A DNA stretch of 64,000 bases, from the NCBI GenBank assembly GCA_041661385.1, contig JBAZUP010000001.1, positions 704,907 through 768,906 on the forward strand, given 5' to 3'. The position numbers and the translations under genes were made by a program. The DNA comes from Patescibacteria group bacterium. GTDB taxonomy: Bacteria; Patescibacteriota; Patescibacteriia; Magasanikbacterales; GWA2-37-8. Numbering within the stretch: position 1 is the stretch's first letter; every line of letters starts with the position of its first letter. This document shows positions 61,293 to 64,000 of this stretch, piece by piece. Under the pieces are notes generated by a model. That model searched no databases. It worked only from the letters and a program-made list of their open reading frames with translations, and was not told the origin of the DNA.

Positions 61293-64000
61293 ATGTACAA
61301 TGCAAATCAGGAAGAACAAAAAATCTTAGAGTTTTGGGAAAAGGACAAAACTTTTGAAAAATCCGTAACTGAACGTCCGGAAAAAAAGCGTTATGTTTTT
61401 TATGATGGTCCGCCGTTTGCAACTGGCCTTCCGCACTATGGTCATATTGTGGCGTCACTCATGAAAGATGTAGTGCCAAGATTTTGGACCATGCGTGGTT
61501 TTAGAGTCGAAAGAAAATGGGGTTGGGATTGTCACGGCCTTCCGGTTGAGAATATTATTGAAAAAGATTTGAACCTAGCGAGTAAGAAAGACATTGTAAA
61601 TTTTGGAATTGCAAATTTTAATGAAGCTTGCCGCTCGACTGTTTTGAAATATGCTGAAGAATGGAAAAAAACAATCCGCCGCATGGGTCGGTGGGTTGAT
61701 ATGGAAAACGATTACCGCACCATGGACAAAGATTATATGGAAAGTGTCTGGTGGGTATTTCGCCAACTTTGGGATAAAGAATTAATTTATAAAGGGCACA
61801 AACCCATGCACATTTGTCCGCGTTGTGTTACTCCGCTTTCAAATTTTGAAGTGACGCAGGGTTATAAAGATATTAAAGATCTTTCCGCGGTGGCAAAGTT
61901 TAAAGTTTTGAAAAGTGAACTGTCAGAAAAATTAAAAATTCCGGCCGGTACTTCGATTTTGGCTTGGACCACTACCCCTTGGACATTGCCCGGTAATGTT
62001 TTGCTCGCGGCAAATGCAGATGTTGATTATGATCTCATAAAAGTGGCGCCGTCGGTTGATGGCGAAGAAGTGGCCGGCGAAGCTAGGTATGAAGCGATGG
62101 ATAATTATATTATTGCTCGCGATCGGATTAAAGAAGTGTTCAAGGAAAAAGGTTATTTACGTGAAGCCAGCTTTAGAGGCAGTGATCTTGTGGGTTTAAC
62201 TTACGAACCACTTTTCCCGTATTTTAAAGATACGCCCAATGCTTTTCGGGTTGTCACGGCGGAGTTTGTTTCTACCGCCGAAGGAACCGGTATTGTGCAT
62301 ATTGCTCCAGCTTATGGTGAGGACGATTTTGGAGTAGGAAAACGAGAAAATATTCCTTTGGTTCAGCATGTAACGATGGAAGGAAGGTTTGTCGCAGCGG
62401 TTGGTGAATTTGCGGGCCTCGAAGTAAAACCGATTGATGATGTAATGCGCACCGATATTGAAATGATCAAATGGCTCGCGGCGAATGACAAACTTTTTAG
62501 CAAACAAAAAATTGAACATAGTTACCCACATTGTTGGCGTTGTGATACCCCGCTTTTAAATTATGCGGCAACCAGTTGGTTTGTGCGGGTTAGCGAAATG
62601 AAGGATCAGCTCTTAAAAAATAACGACGCCATAAACTGGATACCAGACCACATCAAAGACGGTCGTTTCGGAAAATGGCTCGAAGGCGCGAGAGATTGGG
62701 CGATTTCACGGAGCCGTTTTTGGGGAACGCCGCTTCCGGTATGGGAAGCCGATGATGGCGATGTGATTTGTGTCGGAAGCGTCGCGGAACTCGAAGAATT
62801 AACCGGAAAGAAAGTCACAGATTTACATATACATAAAATTAGTGATTTGGTTATAACAAAAAATGGTAAAAAATATCGACCGATTAATGAAGTTTTAGAT
62901 TGTTGGTTTGAAAGCGGCAGCATGCCTTATGGAGAAATGCATTATCCGTTTGAGAACAAGAAAAAATTTGAAGAAGCTTTCCCGGCTGAGTTTATTGCCG
63001 AAGGGCAAGACCAGACCAGAGGTTGGTTTTATACCCTGCATATTCTTGCGGCAGCCTTGACCAGCGGTCGGAATCCGGCGATTAGTAAAAAGATTTTGCA
63101 TTCGCTATCTTTTACTAATAATGGAACCCCGGCTTTCAAAAATGTCATTGTAAACGGCATTGTTCTCGCTGAAGATGGAAAAAAGATGAGCAAAAGACTT
63201 AAAAATTATCCGGATCCAGAAGTTGTCATTCAAAAATATGGAGCAGACGCGATGCGTTATTATTTAGTGTCGTCGCCGGTAATGGAAGCGGAATCGCTGA
63301 ATTTTTCTGAAGCCGGAATGCGTGAAATGTATAATAGATTAATTAATACTTGGTACAATGTTCTCGAATTTTATCAGATGTTTTCGGATACGAAACACGG
63401 AGATGCCGCGAAAAGTAAAAATATTTTGGACCGTTGGATTTTGGTAAAACTTCAGAAATTGGTAAATGAAGTAACATTTGCGATGGAAAATTATAAACTT
63501 GCCGACGCGAGCAGACCGATTGTAGAATTCATTACCGAACTTTCGCAATGGTATGTTCGTCGTTCCAGGGATCGTTTTAAGGGTGACAATGTTGAAGATA
63601 AGGCGTTCGCGCTTGGCACGCTACGGGAAGTTTTGTTAGTTTTATCAAAGGTGTCCGCCCCATTTACGCCGTTTATTTCGGAAAAAGTCTATCGCGAGCT
63701 CACCAATAATATTGGCAGCGTACATCTGGAAAAATGGCCAGACACGACTAGAAAAGTTGATGAGAAAGTAATTGATGAAATGAAAGAAATTCGCAAAATT
63801 GTCGAGATGGGTTTGTCGCTGCGCGCTGAATCCGGAATAAAAGTTCGACAAGTACTTAGTGAATTTTCAGTCAGCGGTTATAAGCTCGATGATGGAGCAA
63901 GCGGAATTATCGCGGATGAATTAAATGTCAATAAAGTTATGGCCGGCAATGTCGCTGATCCGCGCTGGATAACCAAGGAAGACGGTAAATTAAAAGTTGC
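61293..64000 (+). CDS. ileS: isoleucine--tRNA ligase (3' end beyond the window)
   Basis: MYNANQEEQKILEFWEKDKTFEKS...YVFYDGPPFATGLPHYGHI (HIGH motif), WDCHGLPVE, and IleRS editing and catalytic domain order. Frame 3, open to the window end. Confidence 0.9.
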   Translation, partial: MYNANQEEQKILEFWEKDKTFEKSVTERPEKKRYVFYDGPPFATGLPHYGHIVASLMKDVVPRFWTMRGFRVERKWGWDCHGLPVENIIEKDLNLASKKDIVNFGIANFNEACRSTVLKYAEEWKKTIRRMGRWVDMENDYRTMDKDYMESVWWVFRQLWDKELIYKGHKPMHICPRCVTPLSNFEVTQGYKDIKDLSAVAKFKVLKSELSEKLKIPAGTSILAWTTTPWTLPGNVLLAANADVDYDLIKVAPSVDGEEVAGEARYEAMDNYIIARDRIKEVFKEKGYLREASFRGSDLVGLTYEPLFPYFKDTPNAFRVVTAEFVSTAEGTGIVHIAPAYGEDDFGVGKRENIPLVQHVTMEGRFVAAVGEFAGLEVKPIDDVMRTDIEMIKWLAANDKLFSKQKIEHSYPHCWRCDTPLLNYAATSWFVRVSEMKDQLLKNNDAINWIPDHIKDGRFGKWLEGARDWAISRSRFWGTPLPVWEADDGDVICVGSVAELEELTGKKVTDLHIHKISDLVITKNGKKYRPINEVLDCWFESGSMPYGEMHYPFENKKKFEEAFPAEFIAEGQDQTRGWFYTLHILAAALTSGRNPAISKKILHSLSFTNNGTPAFKNVIVNGIVLAEDGKKMSKRLKNYPDPEVVIQKYGADAMRYYLVSSPVMEAESLNFSEAGMREMYNRLINTWYNVLEFYQMFSDTKHGDAAKSKNILDRWILVKLQKLVNEVTFAMENYKLADASRPIVEFITELSQWYVRRSRDRFKGDNVEDKAFALGTLREVLLVLSKVSAPFTPFISEKVYRELTNNIGSVHLEKWPDTTRKVDEKVIDEMKEIRKIVEMGLSLRAESGIKVRQVLSEFSVSGYKLDDGASGIIADELNVNKVMAGNVADPRWITKEDGKLKV

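Noticed and set aside
1-64000. CRISPR arrays, restriction-modification, toxin-antitoxin pairs and integrase or transposase genes
   Set aside because: I searched for regularly spaced direct repeats and for characteristic nuclease, methylase, integrase or transposase motifs and found none. The only repeats are the short families described in the findings.

Overview
This is a low-GC, gene-dense bacterial window of roughly 38-40% GC. The gene set looks CPR/Patescibacteria-like: small proteins, weak Shine-Dalgarno use, and several leaderless starts. All product calls are made by eye from motifs, without database searches.

Ordinary content, in window order:
- ssb (C-terminal fragment), rpsR, then the EF-P lysylation pair epmA-efp.
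- Two ECF sigma factor modules. The first is an ECF sigma factor, a TM protein, and a MacAB-like efflux system (membrane fusion protein, ABC ATPase, FtsX-type permease). The second is an ECF sigma factor, a large membrane protein, and a secreted beta-propeller protein.
- A znuACB-zur zinc uptake operon with a palindromic candidate Zur box.
- An aroE-like gene, a SIS-domain protein, and ilvA-ridA preceded by an Ile-codon leader-peptide attenuator.
- A redox cluster: a thioredoxin-TrxR fusion, trxA, an ArsR regulator and mntP.
- A group-3 [NiFe] hydrogenase cluster: ferredoxin, an FAD oxidoreductase, small and large subunits, and a maturation protease.
- Three tRNAs (Gly-TCC, Gly-GCC, Met-CAT), a P-type ATPase, an AI-2E transporter, a MOP flippase, a SpoIID-like protein, and a DsbA/VKOR pair.
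- recA, a RodZ-like protein, ftsK, rpoB-rpoC, sod, capA, yebC-ruvC, a TrmL-like methyltransferase, a NUDIX hydrolase, a PfkB kinase, trxB, rpe and rpiB.
- A 5'-truncated ileS behind a probable T-box leader.

The features most worth a second look are:
- A compositionally foreign gene at about 59.7-61.0 kb. It has roughly 62% GC and near-saturated GC3, is driven by a perfect consensus sigma70 promoter, and carries an apparent frameshift. It sits between rpiB and the ileS leader.
- Two copies (about 2.2-2.6 kb and 21.66-21.96 kb) of a roughly 300-400 nt intergenic element whose stems covary. Each copy starts directly at the terminator of the upstream gene, so it is a candidate new structured ncRNA family.
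- A composition-atypical islet next to tRNA-Gly(TCC), with its own promoter and ORF, tandem 70-bp palindromic repeats and stacked hairpins.
- A 20-bp duplication of the tRNA-Met 3' end about 140 bp downstream, suggesting a remnant integration site.
- A short CCAAT-rich repeat family, palindromically arranged, in two intergenic regions.
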